Part shown: positions 9,315 to 17,277 of the stretch, piece after piece
How the letters are laid out: every line of letters starts with the position of its first letter
Position numbering within the stretch: position 1 is the first letter of the stretch
Origin: Deltaproteobacteria bacterium
GTDB lineage: Bacteria > Myxococcota_A > Polyangia > JAAYKL01
Assembly: GCA_016936575.1 (NCBI GenBank)
Contig: JAFGXQ010000133.1
Span: 3,843 to 67,842, forward strand
Direction: 5' to 3'
Length of the DNA stretch: 64,000 nt
Notes under the pieces: model-generated
Seen by the model: only the letters and a program-made list of their open reading frames with translations
The model's database searches: none
What the model was told of the DNA's origin: nothing
Position numbers and translations under genes: made by a program

Positions 9315-10358
9315 ATGACGATAAAAAGAACGCTGAAAGATATTGCAGCTACCATCAAGAACATCGAACAGCAGTTCGGTGAAGGTACGGTGATGCGTAT
9401 GGGAGATACGAAGGGGATCAGCAATGTGCCCTGTGTATCATCCGGATCGCTTTCCATTGATTTGGCCCTGAAAGTGGGTGGGTATCCCAAGGGGCGGCTG
9501 GTGGAAATTTACGGGCCGGAATCATCTGGAAAAACAACGCTGACATTGCATGCTATTGCAAAAGCGCAGCAGGCCGGCGGAACATGTGCATTTATCGATG
9601 CGGAGCATGCGCTCGATCCCACGTATGCGAAGAAGTTAGGGGTGCATGTGGACGAACTGCTGATTTCACAACCGGATCATGGGGAGCAGGCGCTGGCCAT
9701 CACCCAGGCCCTGCTAAATTCAGGAAATATCGATTTGGTGGTGGTGGATTCGGTGGCGGCACTGGTTCCCAAAGCGGAACTGGAAGGAAATATCGGTGAT
9801 CATCACGTGGGGGTTCAAGCGCGTATGATGTCTCAGGCGATGCGTATGCTGACCGGTGCTGCGAATAAAAACAGCGCTACAGTCATTTTCATCAATCAGA
9901 CACGCCAGAAAATCGGCGTGATGTTCGGTAGCCCCGAAACCACAACCGGTGGGACCGCGCTTAAATTTTTTGCGTCGGTTCGTTTGGATGTTCGTCGTAT
10001 CGGCACCATCAAAGGTAGTGGGGAGGGCGACCCCATCGGTGCAAGAACAAAAGTGAAGATTATCAAAAATAAACTGGCGCCGCCTTTTAGAACCGCCGAA
10101 TTCGACATTATTTACGGAGAGGGCATCAGTCGTGTTCATGAGTTGGTGGAGTTGGGCGAGCAGGCGGAGTTGGTCACCAAGTCAGGCACCTGGTATTCGT
10201 ATGGGAAAGTGCGGCTGGGTCAGGGAAAGGAAAAAGCGTGCGCCTACCTGCGAGACAATCCGAATATTGCCGATGAGATTGAGGCGCAACTGAAAAGTGC
10301 CGAGAACGTGAAAGAGGAAGTGACAGAAAAGACATCTGACAAGCAAACTGCTGCATGA
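9315..10358 (+). CDS. recA: Recombinase RecA
   Basis: 347 aa. Canonical RecA throughout ([36 protein letters not shown]...[10 protein letters not shown]...IFINQ.R.KIGVMFG). Confidence 0.95.
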   Translation: MTIKRTLKDIAATIKNIEQQFGEGTVMRMGDTKGISNVPCVSSGSLSIDLALKVGGYPKGRLVEIYGPESSGKTTLTLHAIAKAQQAGGTCAFIDAEHALDPTYAKKLGVHVDELLISQPDHGEQALAITQALLNSGNIDLVVVDSVAALVPKAELEGNIGDHHVGVQARMMSQAMRMLTGAANKNSATVIFINQTRQKIGVMFGSPETTTGGTALKFFASVRLDVRRIGTIKGSGEGDPIGARTKVKIIKNKLAPPFRTAEFDIIYGEGISRVHELVELGEQAELVTKSGTWYSYGKVRLGQGKEKACAYLRDNPNIADEIEAQLKSAENVKEEVTEKTSDKQTAA

Positions 10359-10392
10359 CTGGAGCGCGATGCCTGGATTCGGTATCGGAAGA

Positions 10393-11430
10393 TCAGGTTT
10401 GGATGCGGAAAAGCTGGGCGCCCATCAGAATGAAGTCGCCGTTGTTCAGCGAGGTTTCGCCGGTGAGCTTGAGATAGCTGCCGTTGGAACTTCCCAGATC
10501 GGTGAGGAAGAATTTCCCGCTCTCGGAATGGATGCGCATGTGAACGCCCGAAATGTAGCCGTCTTCGGGGAACAGTATGTTTCCACGTTCGCGCCCGCAG
10601 ATCACGCCTTCTCCACCGATGGGAAACGCATTGCCGAGTCGTCCTTTGCCAACGATAAGCGAGATTCTTCCCCACAGGCCCTCAATGGGAGACCCCATGC
10701 GTTTGGTTCCGTCGGGACCGTTTGCGCCTTTGTCGATGGCTTCAAAAAGAATCAGCTCTTGGCCCATGCGGAATACATTACCGGATTTGATTTCGACCGG
10801 TTCATTGGGCATGATTTTTTTGAACACACCATTTAAACTACCCTCGTCGCGACAGACAATTTGAGCGCCTTGCGCACGAAACACCGCATGTCGAGGCGAA
10901 AGATAGGCATCGGTTTCAAAGAAGCCGCCGGCATCTCGGCCGACAGCCACATCCGTATCGGGAATTTCTACAATACCGCCTTCGCTGCCGTCCGGTTGAA
11001 TCAGAATCAACGATGCCGGTTGGCCGGAGCTGACCGGGGCAGAAGACTGAGGCGCCGGTGCCGCACCCCCGATGGGGGTTCCGCATGCGCCGCAAAAGGC
11101 GAATCCGGGTGGAATGTTGGCGCCGCAATTGGCACAGGCGGACCCAGTGTTGACGGGCGCCGAAGCACGTGCGGGCGATGGATCGACAGCCGCAGGCGTC
11201 AGATCTTCGGTCGGGGGAGGAGACGGCGTGGTCGCCATATTGGCGTTGGCCGAAACATTGGCCTGACCGGTGTCTGCCGCCGAGGCGGGGGCAACGGGTT
11301 CAGCGGCGGCAATGCCGGCCGGCGGAGTTGCCGAAGAGGGAGCCTCGGCGCGCGGCAGATCAGAACCGCATCCCAGACAGAACTTGTAATGGTCCTGGTT
11401 TTCTTTTGAGCATTTCGGACAAACAATCAC
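10393..11430 (-). CDS. Zinc-ribbon + tandem-FHA domain protein
   Basis: N-terminal CPKC...CLGC ribbon, a Pro/Ala-rich linker, a second Cys cluster (CANCG...CGACG), then two FHA domains (GR..x..SxxHA and SGxH.RI....F.TDLGSSNGSYL). Confidence 0.7.
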   Translation of the reverse strand: MIVCPKCSKENQDHYKFCLGCGSDLPRAEAPSSATPPAGIAAAEPVAPASAADTGQANVSANANMATTPSPPPTEDLTPAAVDPSPARASAPVNTGSACANCGANIPPGFAFCGACGTPIGGAAPAPQSSAPVSSGQPASLILIQPDGSEGGIVEIPDTDVAVGRDAGGFFETDAYLSPRHAVFRAQGAQIVCRDEGSLNGVFKKIMPNEPVEIKSGNVFRMGQELILFEAIDKGANGPDGTKRMGSPIEGLWGRISLIVGKGRLGNAFPIGGEGVICGRERGNILFPEDGYISGVHMRIHSESGKFFLTDLGSSNGSYLKLTGETSLNNGDFILMGAQLFRIQT

Positions 11431-11441
11431 CTTCGGACCTC

Positions 11442-12410
11442 CTATTGGGTTATCTCAACTCTAAGAAGTTGACGACCGAGGAACAGATAGTCGCCGTGGA
11501 CCAGTTCTGTTTCTTTGTTTACTTTCAGAAATGTACCATTTTTACTGTTTAAATCGGTCACCGCAATTCCATCTGCTGTGGATTCGATTTGAACGTGTTT
11601 ACCGGAGATAAACGGATCTGCCGGGAAGTTCATATCGCAATCTTCGCGACCGATGGTAATCTTGGTTTCTTTGGGATTAACGATCATCCCATCGCCGCCC
11701 CCTTCCAGAATCTGCACCACCCGGAACGAACCGGCGGTGAACGGACTCGAGAAAAAGTAGGTGCCGTCGGGCTCCGCGCCTTGATCGACCGGCGCCACTT
11801 CTTCAACGCGGAACACCTGCTCGCCCACCATGAAAACGGAGCCCGGCGCTACCACTTTGGGCTGAGTGATGGCGATGAAAATTCCGTTCAGGCTGTTCTG
11901 GTCCTGAACGAAGATTTTGTCGTCCTGATATACAAAGTTGGCGTGGGCGGGAGACAGCCATTGATCGTCCTGAAATACGATTTCGCCCTGGGTGCGTCCG
12001 GCCAGGTGTTCGGTGGAGTTGAGGTGATAACTCATTCCATCCACACCTTCTCCCTTGATGAGGATTAATTTCGCTTTGCCAGGGGATTGCAGATCGCCAA
12101 AATAATTGGGATCTTTGATGACGTTGCTTTCGAGCGAATTACCACATTTTCCGCAGAATTTGTGTCCCGCAGGAACCGGGGTGTAGCACTCGCCGCAAAC
12201 TAGATGCCGTGCCTGCTCCATAGATTCATCCTCTTTCCCGTCTTGGGCTGCGTCTTGCGGCCCTGATTTTTCATTTGATTGCGCAGAAGTCGCTGTATCA
12301 GTAGTTGCGGCGGAAAGCTCAAGACGACTGCCGCATTCGCTGCACTCCCGGCTCTCAACCGTGTTCAACTGGTCACAATTTCCGCAAACAATGCCCGCTT
12401 TAACGGTCAT
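11442..12410 (-). CDS. Zinc-ribbon + tandem-FHA domain protein (paralogue of the upstream gene)
   Basis: Same architecture as 10393-11430: CGNC...CSEC and CGEC...CGKC ribbons, then two FHA domains (SPAHANF..., ISGKHVQIE..VTDLNSKNGTFL). Start set at ATG 12410, where a membrane-free N-terminus (MTVKAGIVCGNC) begins. Confidence 0.65.
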   Translation of the reverse strand: MTVKAGIVCGNCDQLNTVESRECSECGSRLELSAATTDTATSAQSNEKSGPQDAAQDGKEDESMEQARHLVCGECYTPVPAGHKFCGKCGNSLESNVIKDPNYFGDLQSPGKAKLILIKGEGVDGMSYHLNSTEHLAGRTQGEIVFQDDQWLSPAHANFVYQDDKIFVQDQNSLNGIFIAITQPKVVAPGSVFMVGEQVFRVEEVAPVDQGAEPDGTYFFSSPFTAGSFRVVQILEGGGDGMIVNPKETKITIGREDCDMNFPADPFISGKHVQIESTADGIAVTDLNSKNGTFLKVNKETELVHGDYLFLGRQLLRVEITQ

Positions 12411-12591
12411 AAATAATACTCGTACTCCAAAAAAGTGTGAGGCTGATATTTTTAGCCCAATCGTTTTTATTATCAACTATTTTGTATGAAAACGCAGCGC
12501 GGTCAATATGGACGCATGATCAGTAGTCGGTGAAAAATGTGACATATTTTCCATTGATTATGAGAAATGGGAACGATACTGTTTTTTCATC

Positions 12592-13614
12592 ATGAGGGGA
12601 AATAGTTCATTTGTTGAAATTTTGTCCGAAAACAGACTCCAGTGTCTTCTGTGTCCTCATAGATGTGTGCTGAAAGAGGGAGATGTCGGTCGATGCGGCA
12701 CGCGGAAGCATCATAAACAGCGTCTGCAGGTATTGACCCACGGAAGATTCAGTGCGGTGGCAGTGGATCCGGTTGAAAAAAAGCCCCTCAGCCATTATCG
12801 GCCCGGTACGTTGACCTATTCGCTGGGAACCGCCGGGTGCAACATGATTTGTCCGTTCTGCCAGAATGCATCGCTGTCTCAGTGCCCTGCGACCGGCGGA
12901 TTTGACGCGACGGAAATTCCGTATACACCGCCGGAACATGTGGTGCGCGATGCGCTGAATCGGCGATGTCAGTCGATTTCGTTCACATATTCAGAGCCTA
13001 TACTCGCCCTTGAATACGCGCTTGAAATCGCGCCGCTGGCGCAGGCGGCGCAGTTGGATTTGATATTTGTTACAAACGGTCAGGTGACAGAGGCGCCGCT
13101 GCATGACCTTTGCCGTATTCTCCGTGCGGCCAACGTGGATTTGAAAAGTTTTCAGCCAACGATCTATAAACGGACGCTGGGGGGAGAGTTGGACACCACG
13201 TTGAACACGATTCGGCAGCTACATCAGGCAGGGGTATGGGTGGAGGTGACTACGCTGATTGTGCCCGGAATGAATGATTCGGATGAGGAATTGACAAATA
13301 TTGCTGAATTTATCGCAGGGGTAGCTCCGAGTATTCCCTGGCATGTATCGCGATTTCATCCGGCGTACAAATCGCGAAATACGGGGCCCACAGCGGCTGA
13401 CGTGATTTATCGCGCGCTGGAAATCGGTGCGTCGGCCGGGCTTGAATACGTGTATGCGGGGAATCTGCCCGGGCAAAGAGGCGAAAATACCTATTGCCCA
13501 AATTGTAAAGACGTGGTTGTGGATAGAACTGGATATCGGGTTCGCGCTGTGCGAACCCAACATGGAGCCTGTGCTCGTTGTGGGTACGGCATTGCCGGAG
13601 TTGGATTTTCCTGA
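12592..13614 (+). CDS. amrS: AmmeMemoRadiSam-system radical SAM enzyme (PFL-activase-like)
   Basis: N-terminus matches AmrS (LQCLLCPHRCVLKEGDVGRCGTR...), with a CxxxCxxC radical-SAM cluster (CNMICPFCQN) and a C-terminal Cys pair. Confidence 0.75.
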   Translation: MRGNSSFVEILSENRLQCLLCPHRCVLKEGDVGRCGTRKHHKQRLQVLTHGRFSAVAVDPVEKKPLSHYRPGTLTYSLGTAGCNMICPFCQNASLSQCPATGGFDATEIPYTPPEHVVRDALNRRCQSISFTYSEPILALEYALEIAPLAQAAQLDLIFVTNGQVTEAPLHDLCRILRAANVDLKSFQPTIYKRTLGGELDTTLNTIRQLHQAGVWVEVTTLIVPGMNDSDEELTNIAEFIAGVAPSIPWHVSRFHPAYKSRNTGPTAADVIYRALEIGASAGLEYVYAGNLPGQRGENTYCPNCKDVVVDRTGYRVRAVRTQHGACARCGYGIAGVGFS

Positions 13615-13616
13615 AG

Positions 13617-14393
13617 ATGACAGAAAAAATTACCATTGGAACGGTGGGGTATCCCATCAAAAAAAATAAAATGCTGCATGATGTGGATGTGGTTGAGCTG
13701 ACGGAATCCCGCCATATTCCACCGGGGAAAAAGGCGGCCCGTCACATTCGGGATGAGTTGCCCGCCGCCCTGGACTGCACGGTTCAGATTTCGCGATACT
13801 TTGTATCTACGCCGCCGCAGGGCGCCACCCTGAAGGGCGACATTGCCAATTACGGACAATTTCAGATAACCGACGAAAGCATGAGTCTGTGGAAGCGGCA
13901 GGTGGAGTTTGCCGGTGCGCTCAATGCGAGAGCGCTGGTGCTGGTGACACCGTCGTCGATTACGCCTTCCGGCGCGAACGTAAAAGCGATGGCCGAATTT
14001 TTTGATGCGGTGGATCGCGGCGGGCTGCCGATTGTATGGGAAGCGCACGGCCCCTGGGAATCCAGTCAGGTGCATCAGTTCGCGGCGGCACATCAGTTGA
14101 TTCCGGCGGTCGATCCGTTGCGCGATGCGGTTCCTGAGGGCTCCCTGGCGTATTTTCGGTTCGGGGCGTTCGCGGCCACCGGCTCCCGCATGGGGGTTTA
14201 CGAGTTGGAACAGATTGTGGCGGCTGCGCTGGATTCGTCTGCAGATGAAGTGTTCTGTCTGTTTGAGACCCACCGCGCCCTTGACGACGCGCGCAATCTG
14301 AAAAAAGTGCTGGCCGAATTCGGCAGCGATGATTTCGGTGATTTCGAGTACGATTTTGATGACGGCGACGATGAAGATGAGGAGTTTGTATGA
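13617..14393 (+). CDS. DUF72 (YecE-like) family protein with an acidic C-terminal tail
   Basis: Starts MTEKITIGTVGYP, which resembles the DUF72 IRIGTSGW opening; about 258 aa; C-terminus DFGDFEYDFDDGDDEDEEFV. Start chosen at ATG 13617 within ORF 13578-14393. Confidence 0.5.
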   Translation: MTEKITIGTVGYPIKKNKMLHDVDVVELTESRHIPPGKKAARHIRDELPAALDCTVQISRYFVSTPPQGATLKGDIANYGQFQITDESMSLWKRQVEFAGALNARALVLVTPSSITPSGANVKAMAEFFDAVDRGGLPIVWEAHGPWESSQVHQFAAAHQLIPAVDPLRDAVPEGSLAYFRFGAFAATGSRMGVYELEQIVAAALDSSADEVFCLFETHRALDDARNLKKVLAEFGSDDFGDFEYDFDDGDDEDEEFV

Positions 14394-15330
14394 ATTTCGA
14401 ATCGGGGGGGACGCTTTGAATAGTGACACTTCATATTCGATTGAGCCGGAAACCCCTGTTCATTTAGCGCCTTCTCTCGTAATCATCACCGGTTTGTCGG
14501 GCGCAGGAAAATCGACGGCCATGAGGGTGTTCGACGATTTGGGATATTATTGTCTCGATAATTTGCCGCCGGCGTTGATTCTCGATTTTTTTCGATTGTA
14601 CATGCAGGGGACCGGCACCAAAAAGGGCGTTGCCATTGCCAGTGATATGCGGTCCGGCGACTTGTTTGACGATTTTCAGAGCACGGTGATGCGGCTGGAA
14701 GCGGAAGCCATCCATTTTGCCATTGTGTATCTCGACTGCGATACCGAAGTGCTGATGAAGCGGTTCAAGGAAGTTCGCCGCTCTCATCCATTGGAGACTC
14801 AGTATTCACTTCGGCGTGCAATTGTGGAAGAGCGAAAGCAATTGGCTGCCACATTGGCGTTGGCAACAGATGTTATCGACACCACGCACATGGCAGCCGC
14901 CCAACTTCGTCAGACCGTGCTGCAGACGGTGGTTCAGCGTGATGCGGCCGATGTATCAATGATAAAAGTGTTGAGTTTCGGGTTCAAATACGGCGCACCG
15001 CGGGATGCGGATTTTGTGTTTGATGTTCGGTTTTTGCCGAATCCGTTTTACAAAGAGGAGCTGCGCCCCCTGAGCGGTGAGGATGATCCGGTGTACACAT
15101 ATGTGATGAATCAGGACGCGGCCAACCGTTTTTTTGATTCTATCATTCAGCTGCTCGACCCAACGTTTGATGCGTTTGTGAATGTGGGAAAGTTTTCTAT
15201 TAATATCGCGTTCGGTTGCACCGGGGGCCGTCATCGTTCGGTTGCATTTGCAAAACGGTTGTCCATGTATTATCGCAAGCGGGGAAAAGATGTCCAAACC
15301 TATCATCGCGACATAACGCATCCTTTGTAA
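14377..15330 (+). CDS. rapZ: RNase adapter protein RapZ (P-loop NTPase YhbJ family)
   Basis: Walker A LVIITGLSGAGKSTA near the N-terminus, and the RapZ C-terminal region (CTGGRHRSVAFAKRL). The start is uncertain: it overlaps the DUF72 gene end, and the ATG at 14377 or a TTG near 14418 are both possible. Confidence 0.75.
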   Translation: MRSLYEFRIGGDALNSDTSYSIEPETPVHLAPSLVIITGLSGAGKSTAMRVFDDLGYYCLDNLPPALILDFFRLYMQGTGTKKGVAIASDMRSGDLFDDFQSTVMRLEAEAIHFAIVYLDCDTEVLMKRFKEVRRSHPLETQYSLRRAIVEERKQLAATLALATDVIDTTHMAAAQLRQTVLQTVVQRDAADVSMIKVLSFGFKYGAPRDADFVFDVRFLPNPFYKEELRPLSGEDDPVYTYVMNQDAANRFFDSIIQLLDPTFDAFVNVGKFSINIAFGCTGGRHRSVAFAKRLSMYYRKRGKDVQTYHRDITHPL

Positions 15331-15370
15331 CTGACGATGGCAGCGAACCCGCGCGGTAGTAAAATGAGCT

Positions 15371-17260
15371 ATGCTTCAAATTAACGAGATAAATTATTTT
15401 ATAGGTGGTCGTGAAATTTTCGCGAAAGCGTCTGCGAGAGTCCCCAAGGGGAAACGGGTCGGATTGGTGGGCGAGAACGGATGCGGCAAAACCACATTGT
15501 TGCGCCTGATCACCGGGGAGCTGGAGCTGGACAGCGGGCGAATCGACGTGCAGAAAAAGTGTGTGGTGGGCACGGTGGCGCAGGATGCGCCGGCCGGAAA
15601 CGCGACTCCGCTGGAAACGGTTCTGGCTGCGGACGTCGAACGGATGGGATTGTTGCAGGCCTCTGCCACTGAAACCGACCATGAAAAAATAGCATATATT
15701 CATGAGCGACTTACTGATATTGACGCCCACAGCGCGCCGTCGCGGGCGGCGACGATTCTTGCGGGTCTGGGTTTCAGCGAAGAGATGCAGCAGCGTCCTC
15801 TTTCGCAATTTTCGGGCGGATGGCGAATGCGTGTGGCATTGGCCGGAGCGCTGTTTGCCGAGCCGGATTTATTGTTGCTCGATGAGCCCACCAACCACCT
15901 CGATTTGGAATCCATCATGTGGCTGGAGAACTATCTGCGACAGTATCCGCATACGTTACTGGTGGTCAGTCACGATCGCGATATGCTGAACGCCATTGTG
16001 GATAACATTCTGTTGGTCAAACAGGGAACGCTCACCATGTACAGCGGCAATTTTGATGCGTATGTGAAAGCGGAAGCCGAAAAAGAAGCATTGGAAAAAG
16101 CGACAGCGGCCAAACAGGAAGCGGCACGGGCGCATTTGCAGTCGTTTGTGGATCGGTTCAAAGCCAAAGCCACCAAGGCGAAACAGGCGCAGAGCCGAAT
16201 GAAAGCCCTCGAAAAAATGGGTCCCGTCACCCGGACTACATCCTCGGGGATGCACATTCATTTTCGGTTTCCCGCTCCCGTCGACCATCCGTCTCCGCTG
16301 ATTAAGCTCGATGCGGTGCATGCGGGATATGTACCCGGGCAGCCGGTTTTGTCGGATTTGAATTTAAGTGTCTATAAAGACGATCGGATTGCACTTCTGG
16401 GTGCCAACGGAAATGGAAAAAGTACGTTGGCCAAATTGTTGTCCAACAATCTTTCGCCCATGAGCGGAGCATTGGTTCCGGCGCAGAAACTGGTGGTCGG
16501 GTACTTTGCTCAGGATCATCTGGATCAGCTCGATGCGGGCATTACTGCGCTGGAACAGGTGGATAGGGCCATGCCGCTGGCGTCACCGAATGAAGTGCGC
16601 AGCTGGCTGGGGCGATTCGGTTTCGGACAGGAGCGAGCTGAAGTGCAGGTGCAGAATTTGTCCGGCGGTGAAAAAACGCGGTTGGCATTGTCGCTGGTAG
16701 CGCTGCAGCGCCCCAATTTAATGATATTGGACGAGCCCACCAACCATCTCGATATGGATTCGAGAAGCGCGTTGGTGGAGGGGTTGAACGAGTTTGACGG
16801 CGCGATCATTCTGATTTCTCATGACCGGCGATTGATTGAAACCACGTGTGAACAATTGTGGCTGGTGGAAAACGGCGCATGCACGCAGTATTTCGGTGAT
16901 ATTGATGATTATCGGAAGTTATTGCTTTCCAACCGAGGCGGCGGTTCAAAGTCGGAAGAACTGGAAGATAACAAAGAGAAGGTCAGCAAAAAAGATGCTC
17001 GGCGGGATGCGGCACAGAATCGGGCCCGGCTGGCACCGCTGAAAAAAGCGGCCCAGGTCGCGGAGAATCAGGTAGAAACATTGACCGCAGAAAAAGCGGA
17101 TTTACAGGAACAATTGGCGGATCCGTCCATTTACGAGGGGCCGCCGGAAACTATCGCATCGCTCAATGCACGGTTGAAGGAAGTGACAGAGGCGTTGGAC
17201 ATCGCAGAAGAAGAATGGCTTGTCACGCTGGATGAACTCGAATCCGCGATGGTGGAATAA
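15371..17260 (+). CDS. ABC-F family ATPase (two ABC domains, no transmembrane domain; EttA/Uup/YheS-like translation factor)
   Basis: Two Walker A motifs (GENGCGKTTLL, GANGNGKSTL), two ABC signatures (LSGGWRMRVAL, LSGGEKTRLAL), an inter-domain linker, and a C-terminal coiled-coil/K-rich tail. Confidence 0.85.
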   Translation: MLQINEINYFIGGREIFAKASARVPKGKRVGLVGENGCGKTTLLRLITGELELDSGRIDVQKKCVVGTVAQDAPAGNATPLETVLAADVERMGLLQASATETDHEKIAYIHERLTDIDAHSAPSRAATILAGLGFSEEMQQRPLSQFSGGWRMRVALAGALFAEPDLLLLDEPTNHLDLESIMWLENYLRQYPHTLLVVSHDRDMLNAIVDNILLVKQGTLTMYSGNFDAYVKAEAEKEALEKATAAKQEAARAHLQSFVDRFKAKATKAKQAQSRMKALEKMGPVTRTTSSGMHIHFRFPAPVDHPSPLIKLDAVHAGYVPGQPVLSDLNLSVYKDDRIALLGANGNGKSTLAKLLSNNLSPMSGALVPAQKLVVGYFAQDHLDQLDAGITALEQVDRAMPLASPNEVRSWLGRFGFGQERAEVQVQNLSGGEKTRLALSLVALQRPNLMILDEPTNHLDMDSRSALVEGLNEFDGAIILISHDRRLIETTCEQLWLVENGACTQYFGDIDDYRKLLLSNRGGGSKSEELEDNKEKVSKKDARRDAAQNRARLAPLKKAAQVAENQVETLTAEKADLQEQLADPSIYEGPPETIASLNARLKEVTEALDIAEEEWLVTLDELESAMVE

Positions 17261-17277
17261 CAAAGGTTGGGCACGTA

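Noticed and set aside
15956-16321. Reverse-strand ORFs inside the ABC-F gene and similar antisense ORFs inside trpE and the TonB-dependent receptor
   Set aside because: No motifs, His/Arg-rich, and they sit fully within strongly supported genes on the other strand.
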